Shown here piece by piece: positions 41,615 through 51,586 of a DNA stretch of 64,000 nt. The stretch is from Marinicella sp. Lineage in GTDB: Bacteria > Pseudomonadota > Gammaproteobacteria > Xanthomonadales > Marinicellaceae. A program made the translations under genes and the position numbers. Each line of letters starts with the position of its first letter. The first letter of the stretch is position 1. The stretch spans positions 2,976,001 through 3,040,000 of the forward strand of contig OZ246001.1 in the NCBI GenBank assembly GCA_965230295.1, in the 5' to 3' direction. Below the pieces are notes generated by a model. It did not search any database. It was given only the letters and a program-made list of their open reading frames with translations, and was not told the DNA's origin.

Positions 41615-42070
41615 CGTTTAATAGAATTGAGTCATTACGGTTATTGATTGTTTATTTATTAAACAAACAAAAAAATGACGACACGACCCAAAAATTATGT
41701 TCTGATCAATATGCTGTTAATCACTATTTTCCAATTGACATACTTTTGCACTTAGTGAGTTTGAATTAATAATATTAGTCTTGACTTCAAGTATTTTTTG
41801 GCTATTTGCCCAGAATTGCATGCTCGAAATTTATAGTACCTGATACGGCAATGATCGAATCAACCCCATAATTTATTCACATTACTTACTGAATTATGAG
41901 AAAAAAGTACTTACTAAAACTGATTCTGTACTTGAATTTTCTTTTAACAATTAAACTTAATATAGGCTGAATGAGAGCTGCTTAGGAATGCGAAGCGCAT
42001 CTAAATTTTGAGAATGTGTACTTTTGACATACTACCAATCTTTAAAGGTTATGATACAATTTAATTGTGT

Positions 42071-42104
42071 TGTGTAGATAAAATAAGTGTGTAGATAAAA
42101 TAAG
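42071..42104 (+). repeat. Perfect 17-bp tandem duplication just before the regulator start codon
   Basis: TGTGTAGATAAAATAAG at 42071-42087 and 42088-42104; ATG at 42107; extended -10-like TGaTACAAT at 42052-42060. Confidence 0.85.
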
Positions 42105-42106
42105 GG

Positions 42107-44401
42107 ATGCAAACTTCTCAAGTTAATATAATTAATACTCCTTTTAAAGTTGGTGATTTTATAGTCAACCCTTCCTTAAGGACTATTACTAACAATAAAA
42201 AAGAAGTAGAAACCGTTCAGCCGAAGGTTATGGAACTGTTGTGCTTTTTAGCCAGTCATCAAGGCGAAGTTGTTAAAAGGGACACCATATTTGACTATGT
42301 ATGGAAAGATACTTATGTCAGTGAAGATGCGATGCACAGAACGGTATCATTGGTACGAGTGGCGCTGAATGACAATCCAAAGAAACCTGAGTACATAGTT
42401 ACAATTCCCAAAGCAGGGTATCAACTGATTGCCCCAGTTGAAATTGAAGGGAAGGAAACTGCACAACAAGATGATATTCATTATAAAAGGGCGTTTCTGG
42501 TTTTATTACCAGCATTTGTACTGTTATGGTTTTTGGTTCAATATTACACCCAACCCTCATATGCAGAAGACACAAGGGTCAGTTTTATTCCAATTAATTT
42601 GACTAAAAATGTTACATCTGAAAATTCAGATGAGTGGTTGTTTGAAGCAGGCCTTGTTTATTTAACTGAAATGATTGGGAAAAACAGCGATATCAATGCC
42701 AGAGCCCCGGTTCGTGAGTGGCGTCACAGTGAAAACAGTTCAAATTTGGCTATCAGCTTAATCGATAATGATAAAGCAGATTTGGTTGTTTTGGCAGATG
42801 TTGGAAAAGAAGAAGAGTTTTTTATATCTACGGTGCAAATCAGAGGAAGTAACGGAATTGTTGGCGAGCATCAATTCAAATCAAACTCAATCAACAGATT
42901 GATGGGTGACATCAATAACTGGGTAGGAGAGAGAGTCAGTGAGGATCAAATAGTGGTTGGCAACGATTTGATTGAGGAACAATTCCCCGAGCTCAGTGAT
43001 GATGATTATGCGGTAGAAAGTTTTTTAAGAGGGCTGTCAGCACAGCTACAAGGAGACGCAGGAAAAGCCATCAATTTTTTTGAGACGTCCATAGAACAAG
43101 ATCCTGATTTTCAATTGGCATGGTATCAGTTATCATTGGCAGAGAGGTTACAAGGTAATTATCAGAGGTCGATGGGAATATTAAATTCTCTAGAGAATTT
43201 GAAGAATGGTACATTTACTCATAGAGTTGCCAATGCAAAGGGAAATCTACTTTGGAGAACTGGAGAATATGATAAAGCTTTGGCTTCTCACGAAGTAGCG
43301 TTAACACATGCAAAAGAAGCAAAAAATCTTGATCATATAAGAAAATCTCTAGCAAACATAGCTTTGGTGAATTTAGAGTTGGGTGATACTCAAGCAGCAA
43401 GAAAAGCGCTTGATGAAGTGTTAACAATATTTAATGAAGAAAAACACGTAAAGATTCTGGGATATACTTACAATACATATGCTCGTTTGGAATATGAGGA
43501 ATATAATATAGCCGAAGCCATCGAAATGTCAAAAAAGGCCATAAATGCATTCTCATTGGAAGGAAATAGACGGGCGGAAACGAATGCAAGAGCCAGGCTT
43601 GGTGGTTATTTAATAGATATGAATCAATTTTCTGAAGCGGAAACCATTGTAACTGAAACGCTTTTTTTCAGAGAAGAATCTGATGACCGGTCTGGAATGA
43701 TTTCAAGTTATAATAAATTAGGCAAAATCTCTTTGGCTACAGGAAAGTTTGATGACGCTGAAAAACATTATATGAAAGTAACTTCACTCAGCAAGGCTTT
43801 GAAAGATAAAAATGATGAAGCTGAAAGCTACCTGAATTTAAGTCGTGTGTTTCTGATTAGCCAAGATTTACAGAAAGCCAGACTATACATTCAATTATTT
43901 AAAGATAATTCAGGTTCTGATGATGTGTCAAACATATATGCCAAAATACTTGATTTGCGTCTTGCAATTGGTGAAAAGAACTTTGAAAGCGCCCAAAAGA
44001 TTGTTGATGAGTTTGATGAACAAGATTTTCACTTGTACTACCTTTACAGTGGTGATTTTTATTATGAAACAGAAGACTATGAGTCCGCAGAGATTCAATA
44101 TCGAAAATTTCTAAATGAAATGCAGGCTAGAGGTAGAAATATTGAAATTGTTACAGGGTTTAACAGGTTGACGAGGATGTATTTGAAAACTGATATGAAA
44201 AAAGCGGCCTCAATCATAGACCAAACAAAATCATTGAATCCATTTTCATATCCTTACCTTAAATACAAGGCCATGGTAGCAAAAGAGAACAACATAGTTG
44301 ATGCTCAATCTTTGCTAAACGAACTTAAGTTATCGTCCAATGATTTTTGGTCGCCAGATGATCAAATTCTTCTGGAGCAGTACACAAAACTAATGGATTA
44401 A
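42107..44401 (+). CDS. CadC/ToxR-like membrane-anchored transcription regulator: OmpR/PhoB winged helix, TM helix, TPR sensor
   Basis: VQPKVMELLCFL...VW...VSEDAMHRTVSLVRVALND...YIVTIPKAGYQL, TM AFLVLLPAFVLLWFLV, then a long TPR array. Confidence 0.88.
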   Translation: MQTSQVNIINTPFKVGDFIVNPSLRTITNNKKEVETVQPKVMELLCFLASHQGEVVKRDTIFDYVWKDTYVSEDAMHRTVSLVRVALNDNPKKPEYIVTIPKAGYQLIAPVEIEGKETAQQDDIHYKRAFLVLLPAFVLLWFLVQYYTQPSYAEDTRVSFIPINLTKNVTSENSDEWLFEAGLVYLTEMIGKNSDINARAPVREWRHSENSSNLAISLIDNDKADLVVLADVGKEEEFFISTVQIRGSNGIVGEHQFKSNSINRLMGDINNWVGERVSEDQIVVGNDLIEEQFPELSDDDYAVESFLRGLSAQLQGDAGKAINFFETSIEQDPDFQLAWYQLSLAERLQGNYQRSMGILNSLENLKNGTFTHRVANAKGNLLWRTGEYDKALASHEVALTHAKEAKNLDHIRKSLANIALVNLELGDTQAARKALDEVLTIFNEEKHVKILGYTYNTYARLEYEEYNIAEAIEMSKKAINAFSLEGNRRAETNARARLGGYLIDMNQFSEAETIVTETLFFREESDDRSGMISSYNKLGKISLATGKFDDAEKHYMKVTSLSKALKDKNDEAESYLNLSRVFLISQDLQKARLYIQLFKDNSGSDDVSNIYAKILDLRLAIGEKNFESAQKIVDEFDEQDFHLYYLYSGDFYYETEDYESAEIQYRKFLNEMQARGRNIEIVTGFNRLTRMYLKTDMKKAASIIDQTKSLNPFSYPYLKYKAMVAKENNIVDAQSLLNELKLSSNDFWSPDDQILLEQYTKLMD

Positions 44402-44617
44402 CAGGCTCTTTTACCAAAAAGACTGAAACTTGATTCTGTTTGTTTGCGTGTTGTCGCAGTAAGGATATGGTTATTGAACTGATTTCACTCCAAATGCACC
44501 CCAGGTACAACTATTCTCAAATCACCTCTTCAGGCAGTGCTCCAAATCTCTTTCAACTGATCAGAATCTTACTTTTGCGGAATTAATTAATGTTTCAAAT
44601 TTCAGGTTTGATCAATA

Positions 44618-44655
44618 TCAGATAATAATCAGGACTTAGTAAGGTGTTGTTCTGG
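44618..44655 (+). promoter_or_regulatory. Four 11-bp-phased TCAGG-like boxes
   Basis: TCAGA 44618, TCAGG 44629, TAAGG 44640, TCTGG 44651. Confidence 0.6.
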
Positions 44656-44787
44656 TTGAGGTCGTAATCTATCAACTTTCGGAAACATGAGTTTTATTCG
44701 TTATCTGAATGTAACCTCATGCTTTGCAGTTGGTACTTTGTCAAACATTGCAAAAAGTACATTGATTAATTAAGAGAAGGAAAAGTT

Positions 44788-45789
44788 ATGAATAGTTCAA
44801 GAGGTTTTAAGAAATTAAAAGGTTTGGCGTCTGCCGGCGCATTGGGATTTGCGGGCATGTTGGGAGCAGGCACCAACCGGGGAGGAGGGAACACAGTTGG
44901 TACTTCATTTTCATTGACTGGTGACAATGTTGTATGGAATGGTTTCTATAATGGGAGATCGTTCCCCTCATCTCATGCAGTCACAACCACCAATGGAGCC
45001 GAATACACCACCGAAACTACCCCTGCCTATTGCATCACTGATGCAGTGATGTTCGAAAACTCAAGTACTTACAGTAATGCTTTTGATTGTGCGATGATTT
45101 TAGCTGTAGATGGAATTCTGTTTATGAACCCTGATTCAAGTGTGACATTAGATGGGAATACGGTAACATCAGATGTGGTTACAGACATCACTCCAGGTAT
45201 TGATGCCCAGATCCAATACCGTATATACACAGATCGAAAAGTGGTCAGAGGTTTGTACTCATTGACCAACACTACATCAAGCAGTATCGATCTCAGTGCA
45301 GCCATTTTGGGTGATTATGGTTCTGATCTCGACACCAATATTGAAACATCCAGCAATAACAATGAAACAATAGAAAATTCTGATTTGTGGTTCATCACCA
45401 GCGATCTGTTTGATTCACGCATTGCAGACAAAAACACAACCCAAGGAAGTGGAAGTAGTTATGGCCCAGTCGTGACTACTACAAGATATGGGGTTGGTGC
45501 TGAAGTCATTCCCACCAACGCCTTAACCCCGATTAATGATGGTGCTGTCTATGGTCTACGATATCAGCTTAATATTCCAGCTGGGACAACGGTTCGAATT
45601 ATGGTGTTTCATGAATTGGGTCTACCTGTACTTGCTAGTATTCCAAATCAAGTTGCAGACGCTGCTGATTTTGAATCAATGACATCATTAGATGTGGCTG
45701 GGTTGATAGATGATTTGGATGATGGCATAAGGGATACTGTTGTGAATTATGGTGACAGTGACGTCATTTTCAATAGTGGTTTTGAATGA
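44788..45789 (+). CDS. Exported hypothetical protein, NRGG-leader paralogue 1, IFxxGFE tail
   Basis: Leader FKKLKGLASAGALGFAGMLGAGTNRGG; clear paralogue of 51587-52567; ends DSDVIFNSGFE. Confidence 0.8.
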   Translation: MNSSRGFKKLKGLASAGALGFAGMLGAGTNRGGGNTVGTSFSLTGDNVVWNGFYNGRSFPSSHAVTTTNGAEYTTETTPAYCITDAVMFENSSTYSNAFDCAMILAVDGILFMNPDSSVTLDGNTVTSDVVTDITPGIDAQIQYRIYTDRKVVRGLYSLTNTTSSSIDLSAAILGDYGSDLDTNIETSSNNNETIENSDLWFITSDLFDSRIADKNTTQGSGSSYGPVVTTTRYGVGAEVIPTNALTPINDGAVYGLRYQLNIPAGTTVRIMVFHELGLPVLASIPNQVADAADFESMTSLDVAGLIDDLDDGIRDTVVNYGDSDVIFNSGFE

Positions 45790-45818
45790 TGAAGCAGCAA
45801 ACCAACCGTTCATTCAAT

Positions 45819-45848
45819 AAGGGCACCACCTGATGTGGTGGTGCCTTC
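45819..45848. terminator. Hairpin between convergent genes, probable terminator
   Basis: AAGGGCACCACC-tgatgt-GGTGGTGCCTTC. Confidence 0.65.
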
Positions 45849-45873
45849 TCTCTATCTATTATATTCAAAAAGT

Positions 45874-46914
45874 TTAACCAAAAGGCAAAGACAAAACACG
45901 CCTGATTTCATCATTCATAAAGCCAATAGCCATCGGTCGTTTGACCCCAGGTAATACACAAACATCGTACAATTCCTTAACCACACCTTCAATTCTTAAT
46001 TCATGCACAACATCACCAGATATCAAGTTGACCACTTGTAAGGCACAACGGGCCTGAACTTTTTTAGCCTCCAATTTATTTTGCAAACTCAATCCCTCAA
46101 AAGTCTTGTTTTCTCTTGGTTTAGATAAGCCCAATACCGCATAATCACCATGAAAGCTCATGCCACGCAAATAACCTGGACAAAAGGTTAGGGCTACAAA
46201 TTCGCCTGTTTTCAAGTCAATATACCCAAATTCACCTTCACCGGAGTTGAGTACCCATAATTTACCTTGGTACCAACGGGGTGAATGTGGCATGGATAAA
46301 CCATCAGCCACAACCACATCATTTTGTACGTCTATCACCACGCCTCCAGATCGACGGTGTTCACGCCAACCTTCATTAACATCAGTCTGACTGACACTGG
46401 TAACAAAAGCAGCTTTGCCATCTTTAATGGCCAAACCATTTAAATGACAGCGGTCCTCAGCAGCCAGTTTAGTGATGTACGGTGGCTGCCATACGTGTTC
46501 AAAACTGTGCGTATCACTGGGCCGTGACAAACAACTGAACAAAGTATTGACAAAAATAACGCCCTCATCATCAATCGCCACATCATGAGCATCAACATCA
46601 CCGGTGGTATAACCAACTTGTGGAAGGTATACCCGGTCAAAACCTTGATGGTATTGACCGGGTTTTAACGCATTCTCAAAACGCCAAAGTTGAAATAAAT
46701 TAGCCACCCAAAGGCTTTGGCTTTCAGGGTCCAAGCCAATACCCATACAGCGAGCGAATGTGCGTTCAAACACCGACAGTTGTTCATCGGCTTGCATGCC
46801 GATAAAAAACAGCTTTCCGGCTTGATAGGTTGAAAAACTGAGACTGATGTTTTGTTCTTGTAACCAACTGCAAAATTGTCTGGAACCATTGAATTCGAGT
46901 TTAGGAGTTTTCAT
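45874..46914 (-). CDS. TIGR03032 / DUF4915 family protein (function unknown)
   Basis: STYQAGKL, FVNTLFSCL, EDRCHLNGLA, GLSMPHSPRWY and FCPGYLRG motifs. Confidence 0.85.
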   Translation of the reverse strand: MKTPKLEFNGSRQFCSWLQEQNISLSFSTYQAGKLFFIGMQADEQLSVFERTFARCMGIGLDPESQSLWVANLFQLWRFENALKPGQYHQGFDRVYLPQVGYTTGDVDAHDVAIDDEGVIFVNTLFSCLSRPSDTHSFEHVWQPPYITKLAAEDRCHLNGLAIKDGKAAFVTSVSQTDVNEGWREHRRSGGVVIDVQNDVVVADGLSMPHSPRWYQGKLWVLNSGEGEFGYIDLKTGEFVALTFCPGYLRGMSFHGDYAVLGLSKPRENKTFEGLSLQNKLEAKKVQARCALQVVNLISGDVVHELRIEGVVKELYDVCVLPGVKRPMAIGFMNDEIRRVLSLPFG

Positions 46915-46942
46915 CGGGTTTAATTTATATTAAGTTTGACCG

Positions 46943-48553
46943 TTATTCAAAACCATTGTTAAATATGCCATCATAACCAAACACCACATAACTGGTACCC
47001 GCTGAGGTGATACCATTAGATTCTGCTAAAGGGGCGCCAATGATCAAGTCGTCGACACCATCGCCATTGACATCTCCTGCTGCATTGACAGAACCCCCAA
47101 TGGCATTGCCAGTTGTGCCGCCAATCAAGGTTATGCCACTGTCAGGCCCAATGTCAGACAGATCTACAGGACTGTTAAAACCACTGGTGGTTCCAAACAC
47201 CACATAACAGCTACCTGCTGTGTTGATTCCATTTGGGGTTGCATAAGGGGCGCCAATGATCAAGTCGTCGATACCATCACCATTGACATCACCTGCGGTA
47301 CTGACAGACTGACCACTGATTTCACCAGCTGTGCCACCATTCAGGATGAAACCATTGACCCCATCAAGATTAGCTAGATTTATAGAGCCCGTAAGACCAA
47401 GATTGATGGCTCCAAACACCACATAGCTGTTACCCGCTGAACTGATACCATTTGGTTCTGCAAAAGGAGCACCAATGATCAAGTCATCGATACCATCACC
47501 ATTGACATCACCAGCAGTGCTGACAGACTGACCACTGTTTTCACCAGTTATGCCACCGCTGCCATATAGGGTGAAGCCATTGGTCCCATCGAGGCTAGCT
47601 AGATCTATAGAGCCCGTAAGACCAAGATTGCTGGCTCCAAACACCACATAACTGCTACCTGCACCGCTGTTGCCATTGGGGTCTGCATTAGGAGCACCAA
47701 TAATCAAATCATCGATCTCATCACCATTAACATCACCTGCGGAACTGACAGACTGACCGCTGCTTTCACCAGCAGCGTCTCCATTCAGGATGAAACCATT
47801 GGTCCCATCCAGGCTAGCTAGATCTATAGAACCCGTAAGACCAAGACCACTGGCTCCAAATACCACATGGCTAATACCAGCTGCACTGGTAGCATTTGGG
47901 CTGCCAATAATCAAGTCATCGATCCCATCACCATTGACATCACCTGCTTTGTTGACAGAAGTGCCACTGAAGTCATCAGCTGTACCACCATTCAGGGTGA
48001 AGCCATTGGTCCCATCAAGGCTAGCTAGATCTATAGAGCCCGTAAGACCAAGATTGCTGGCTCCAAACACAACATAGCTTTTACCAGCTCTGCTATGACC
48101 ATTTGGGCTTGCACGAAGAGCCCCAATGATCAGGTCATCGATATGATCGTCATTGACATCACCTGCGGTGCTGACAGACCAACCACTGCGATCATTGTCA
48201 GCATCACCATTCAGTGTAAAACCACTGGATCCAAGGTCAGACAGATCTATGGTGCTGGGAAAACTGCCAGTGGTTCCAAACACCACATAGCTTTCACCAG
48301 CTGAGCTTCTCCCACTTGGGTCTGCGAAAGGAGCGCCAATGATCAAATCATCGATACCATCGCCATTGACATCTCCTGCTGTGCTGACAGAGTATCCACT
48401 GTGATCACTTGCTGCACCACCATGCAGGGAAAACCCATTGCCGCTGGATCCCAGATTAGATACATCTACGGTTGGGTTAGATTGTGCAAGGCTTGATTGA
48501 TGTACTAAAGCTAATACCATCGAAAAGGTCAGCTTGTTACGTTTTATGTTCAT
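46943..48553 (-). CDS. Exported seven-bladed FG-GAP beta-propeller protein
   Basis: Start ATG 48553 (MNIKRNK, RBS GGTGAG), signal peptide, seven AGDVNGDGIDDLIIG repeats; ends GYDGIFNNGFE. Confidence 0.88.
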   Translation of the reverse strand: MNIKRNKLTFSMVLALVHQSSLAQSNPTVDVSNLGSSGNGFSLHGGAASDHSGYSVSTAGDVNGDGIDDLIIGAPFADPSGRSSAGESYVVFGTTGSFPSTIDLSDLGSSGFTLNGDADNDRSGWSVSTAGDVNDDHIDDLIIGALRASPNGHSRAGKSYVVFGASNLGLTGSIDLASLDGTNGFTLNGGTADDFSGTSVNKAGDVNGDGIDDLIIGSPNATSAAGISHVVFGASGLGLTGSIDLASLDGTNGFILNGDAAGESSGQSVSSAGDVNGDEIDDLIIGAPNADPNGNSGAGSSYVVFGASNLGLTGSIDLASLDGTNGFTLYGSGGITGENSGQSVSTAGDVNGDGIDDLIIGAPFAEPNGISSAGNSYVVFGAINLGLTGSINLANLDGVNGFILNGGTAGEISGQSVSTAGDVNGDGIDDLIIGAPYATPNGINTAGSCYVVFGTTSGFNSPVDLSDIGPDSGITLIGGTTGNAIGGSVNAAGDVNGDGVDDLIIGAPLAESNGITSAGTSYVVFGYDGIFNNGFE

Positions 48554-48708
48554 ATTTCTCTCACCAAAAATTAACATATTTAATTAAAGTTTGAATGACT
48601 GAGTACACCACGTATCAACTAAAGGAAAGTGATATAGGCGTCAATAACAAATTCATTCAATATAATTAGAAATTGTCTTTTTATTATGCAAACCACAGCA
48701 AGAAAACA

Positions 48709-48735
48709 CCTGATTAAAGTCAACGTTTTTCCTGA
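48709..48735 (-). promoter_or_regulatory. TCAGG boxes 22 bp apart
   Basis: CCTGA at 48709 and 48731; the surrounding sequence is similar to the upstream regions of 50614 and 63565. Confidence 0.45.
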
Positions 48736-49021
48736 TTTCTGTGAACATGTCTATAAAATCAGTGGAGAAAGTCAATGTCAAACTAAAGAGGTTTTTGATT
48801 CATTTTGTTTAAATGAGAAGTTGTTCCCCCATGTCTGTATGCTTTATGAACAAATACCATCAGTGCTTTATAATCTTACATACCGATAAAATAATTTAAT
48901 GGTTTGACGAATTGAGAAACTGAGGCTGATGTCTTGTTCTAACTATTACCAGCAAACATGTCTGGAGTCATTGAGCTTGAGTTTAGTCTTTTTATTTGGA
49001 ATCGAATTTCACAATGCTTGA

Positions 49022-50614
49022 CTATTGATTAAAGCCATTAGCAAATATGCGATCATTACCAAACACCACATAGCTACTACCTGCATTGTTATTACCATTT
49101 GGGTCAGCATAAGGAGCCCCAATAATTAAGTCATCGATACCATCACCATTCACATCTCCAGCTGTGTTGACTGAATGGCCACTTTTATCACGGCCTCCAA
49201 CACCATTAAGCGTAAGACCAGTACCGCTGACCTCCAATGTTGAAAGATTGATTGGGCCCATAATATCAGTGGCTCCAAAAACGACATAGCTGCTACCAGC
49301 ATCAGTATTTCCATATGCGTCAGCGTAAGGAGCGCCAATAACCAAGTCATCAATTCCATCACCATTCACATCACCAGCTGTAGCGACAGATTGGCCGCTC
49401 AAATCTGTTGGTGCACCACCATATAGGGTAAAACCAGTACCGCTGGTCTCAAGGGTTGACAGATTGATTGGGCCAGCAATGTCATTAGCTCCAAAAACCA
49501 CGTAGCTGCTACCAGAATCAGTAACGCCGTTTGGGTCAGCATAAGGAGCCCCAATAATTAAGTCATCGATACCATCACCATTGACATCTCCAGCTGTGTT
49601 GACTGAATGGCCACTTTTATCACCGCCTCCAACACCATTAAGCGTAAGACCAGTACCACTGGCCTCCAGGATTGACAGATTGATTGGGCCCATAATATCA
49701 GTGGCTCCAAAAACGACATAGCTCCTACCTGCATCAGTATTTCCATATGCGTCAGCGTAAGAAGCGCCAATAACCAAGTCATCAATTCCATCACCATTCA
49801 CATCACCAGCTGTACTAACAGAATTACCAGTGAAATCAAGAAAAGCGCCGCCATTTAAAGTAATACCTCTACCATAGGTCTCTAGGGCTGACAGATCTAT
49901 GGGACCAGCAATATCACTGGCACCGAAAATCACATAGCATTCACCAGCTATGCCATCACCATTAGGTGCCCCAATAATCAAGTCATCGATGCCATCATTA
50001 TTCACATCTCCAGCTGAGCTGACAGAGTAGCCACTGTTAATGTAACTTCCAACTCCATTCAAGGCAAAACCTCTACTGCTGGCCTCAAGGTTTGATAAAT
50101 CTATGGTACCTGCAATATCACTGGCTCCAAAAATCACGTAGCTACTACCAGCATTTGTGATGCCATTTGGGCCTGCACTAGGTACCCCAATAATTAAATC
50201 ATCGATGCCATCATCATTGACATCACCTGCTGTGCTGACAGAATAACCACTCTCATCACCAGCTGTATCACCATTAAGAATAAAACCACTACCATTGGCT
50301 ATAAGGGTTGAAAGGTCAATAGTATTTGCAATACCACTGGTTCCAAAAATAACATAACTGCTACCAGCTGAGGGAATATCATTTGGGTCTGCACGATAAG
50401 CGCCAACAATCAGGTCATCAATGCCATCTCCATTGACATCTCCTGCCGAGCTGACAGAAAAACCACTGCGATCACCAGAATTACCACCATTCATGATGAT
50501 ACCTCTGTTGGGGATTAAGTTTGATAGGTCTATATTTGTGTCTAATTGTGCCACAGTTGTTTGTTGAAAGGCCAAAGCCACCAATGCAACCAGTTTTTTA
50601 TGTTTAATGTTCAT
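49022..50614 (-). CDS. Exported seven-bladed FG-GAP beta-propeller protein
   Basis: Signal peptide (..QQTTVA), seven FG-GAP repeats, internal near-identical duplication at a 432-bp offset; ends GNDRIFANGFNQ. Confidence 0.88.
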   Translation of the reverse strand: MNIKHKKLVALVALAFQQTTVAQLDTNIDLSNLIPNRGIIMNGGNSGDRSGFSVSSAGDVNGDGIDDLIVGAYRADPNDIPSAGSSYVIFGTSGIANTIDLSTLIANGSGFILNGDTAGDESGYSVSTAGDVNDDGIDDLIIGVPSAGPNGITNAGSSYVIFGASDIAGTIDLSNLEASSRGFALNGVGSYINSGYSVSSAGDVNNDGIDDLIIGAPNGDGIAGECYVIFGASDIAGPIDLSALETYGRGITLNGGAFLDFTGNSVSTAGDVNGDGIDDLVIGASYADAYGNTDAGRSYVVFGATDIMGPINLSILEASGTGLTLNGVGGGDKSGHSVNTAGDVNGDGIDDLIIGAPYADPNGVTDSGSSYVVFGANDIAGPINLSTLETSGTGFTLYGGAPTDLSGQSVATAGDVNGDGIDDLVIGAPYADAYGNTDAGSSYVVFGATDIMGPINLSTLEVSGTGLTLNGVGGRDKSGHSVNTAGDVNGDGIDDLIIGAPYADPNGNNNAGSSYVVFGNDRIFANGFNQ

Positions 50615-50768
50615 ATGCCTTTTCCAGGATTGCAGTTACTTACTGAAATGGTTTGTTTACTAAACCTGAATTCTGTATTGACTAATGAAAAGTGATGTAT
50701 GCATCCATAACAAAAGTATTCTATACAAAATTTGATTGATTTAATTTTCTTAAACAAATCAGAAAATT

Positions 50769-50806
50769 CCTGATGAAAATCGACTTATTTTCTGATATTA
50801 ATCTGA
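50769..50806 (-). promoter_or_regulatory. 11-bp-phased TCAGG-like boxes
   Basis: CCTGA 50769, TCTGA 50791, TCTGA 50802. Confidence 0.5.
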
Positions 50807-51399
50807 TTGACGTTAAAAGCTAATGGGCCGGTAGCCGAAAAATTTAAGAGATGATTTAGGAGATGCATTTTGGGATGTTATTCTGAACCATTGCGACGGT
50901 GAATACCTTAAACTAAGGAATAGTCAGGAATCTAAAATCAATTATTCAGCAACTCAAGATGTCAATTTACATTATTTGAATTTTCATAAATTAAGATTTG
51001 ATGTTCATCCAATCGGATAGTCAATATCTTGAAGTGAATGATCAAGAAAGCTACATTCTATTCATTCAAAAAAACACACCCAACAAAAAATATCATTAAA
51101 TGATCTCTTAATTATCAAAATCCTCGTTCATATTCAGCTTCTAGCCAATTATTTAGGACAAGTTCTGATGTCTTTTCAAAAAAACTCAAATTATGGGTCC
51201 AGAAAATTAACAAGTACAATTCAATGTAATAGCTAAACCGATTGAAATCGGTAAACCTTCAAAATCTCTAGTGGCAGAAGCCAACACATGATCAGATGAC
51301 CTAACAGCTTAATGTTAGTTGATTCGATGTTTTTTTCAATTCAGAAACTTGTTTCAAGCACACATGATCTGAATTCTGTATTTTTCAGCTTTGGCAACA

Positions 51400-51437
51400 T
51401 CAGATAATAATCAGGAGTTCATAAGGTCTTATTCTAG
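51400..51437 (+). promoter_or_regulatory. Four 11-bp-phased TCAGG-like boxes
   Basis: TCAGA 51400, TCAGG 51411, TAAGG 51422, TCTAG 51433; same layout as 44618-44655. Confidence 0.6.
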
Positions 51438-51586
51438 TTGGGGCGGTATTATTTCATTCGATGAAAACATGATTCTTGTTCGAAAATTGAACCAAACCAC
51501 ATGGTTATCATCGGTGCTGTCAGAACTGGAAGTAAATAGTTTTTTTCGACTTAAAGAATTTGGTGAAATGTATACGGGGAAATTCA

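Noticed and set aside
44400-44580. Possible IS200-like transposase relic on the minus strand (..LGCIWS..ISLLRQHANKQ)
   Set aside because: The similarity is short, interrupted by stops and lacks HUH motifs; it cannot be supported by eye.
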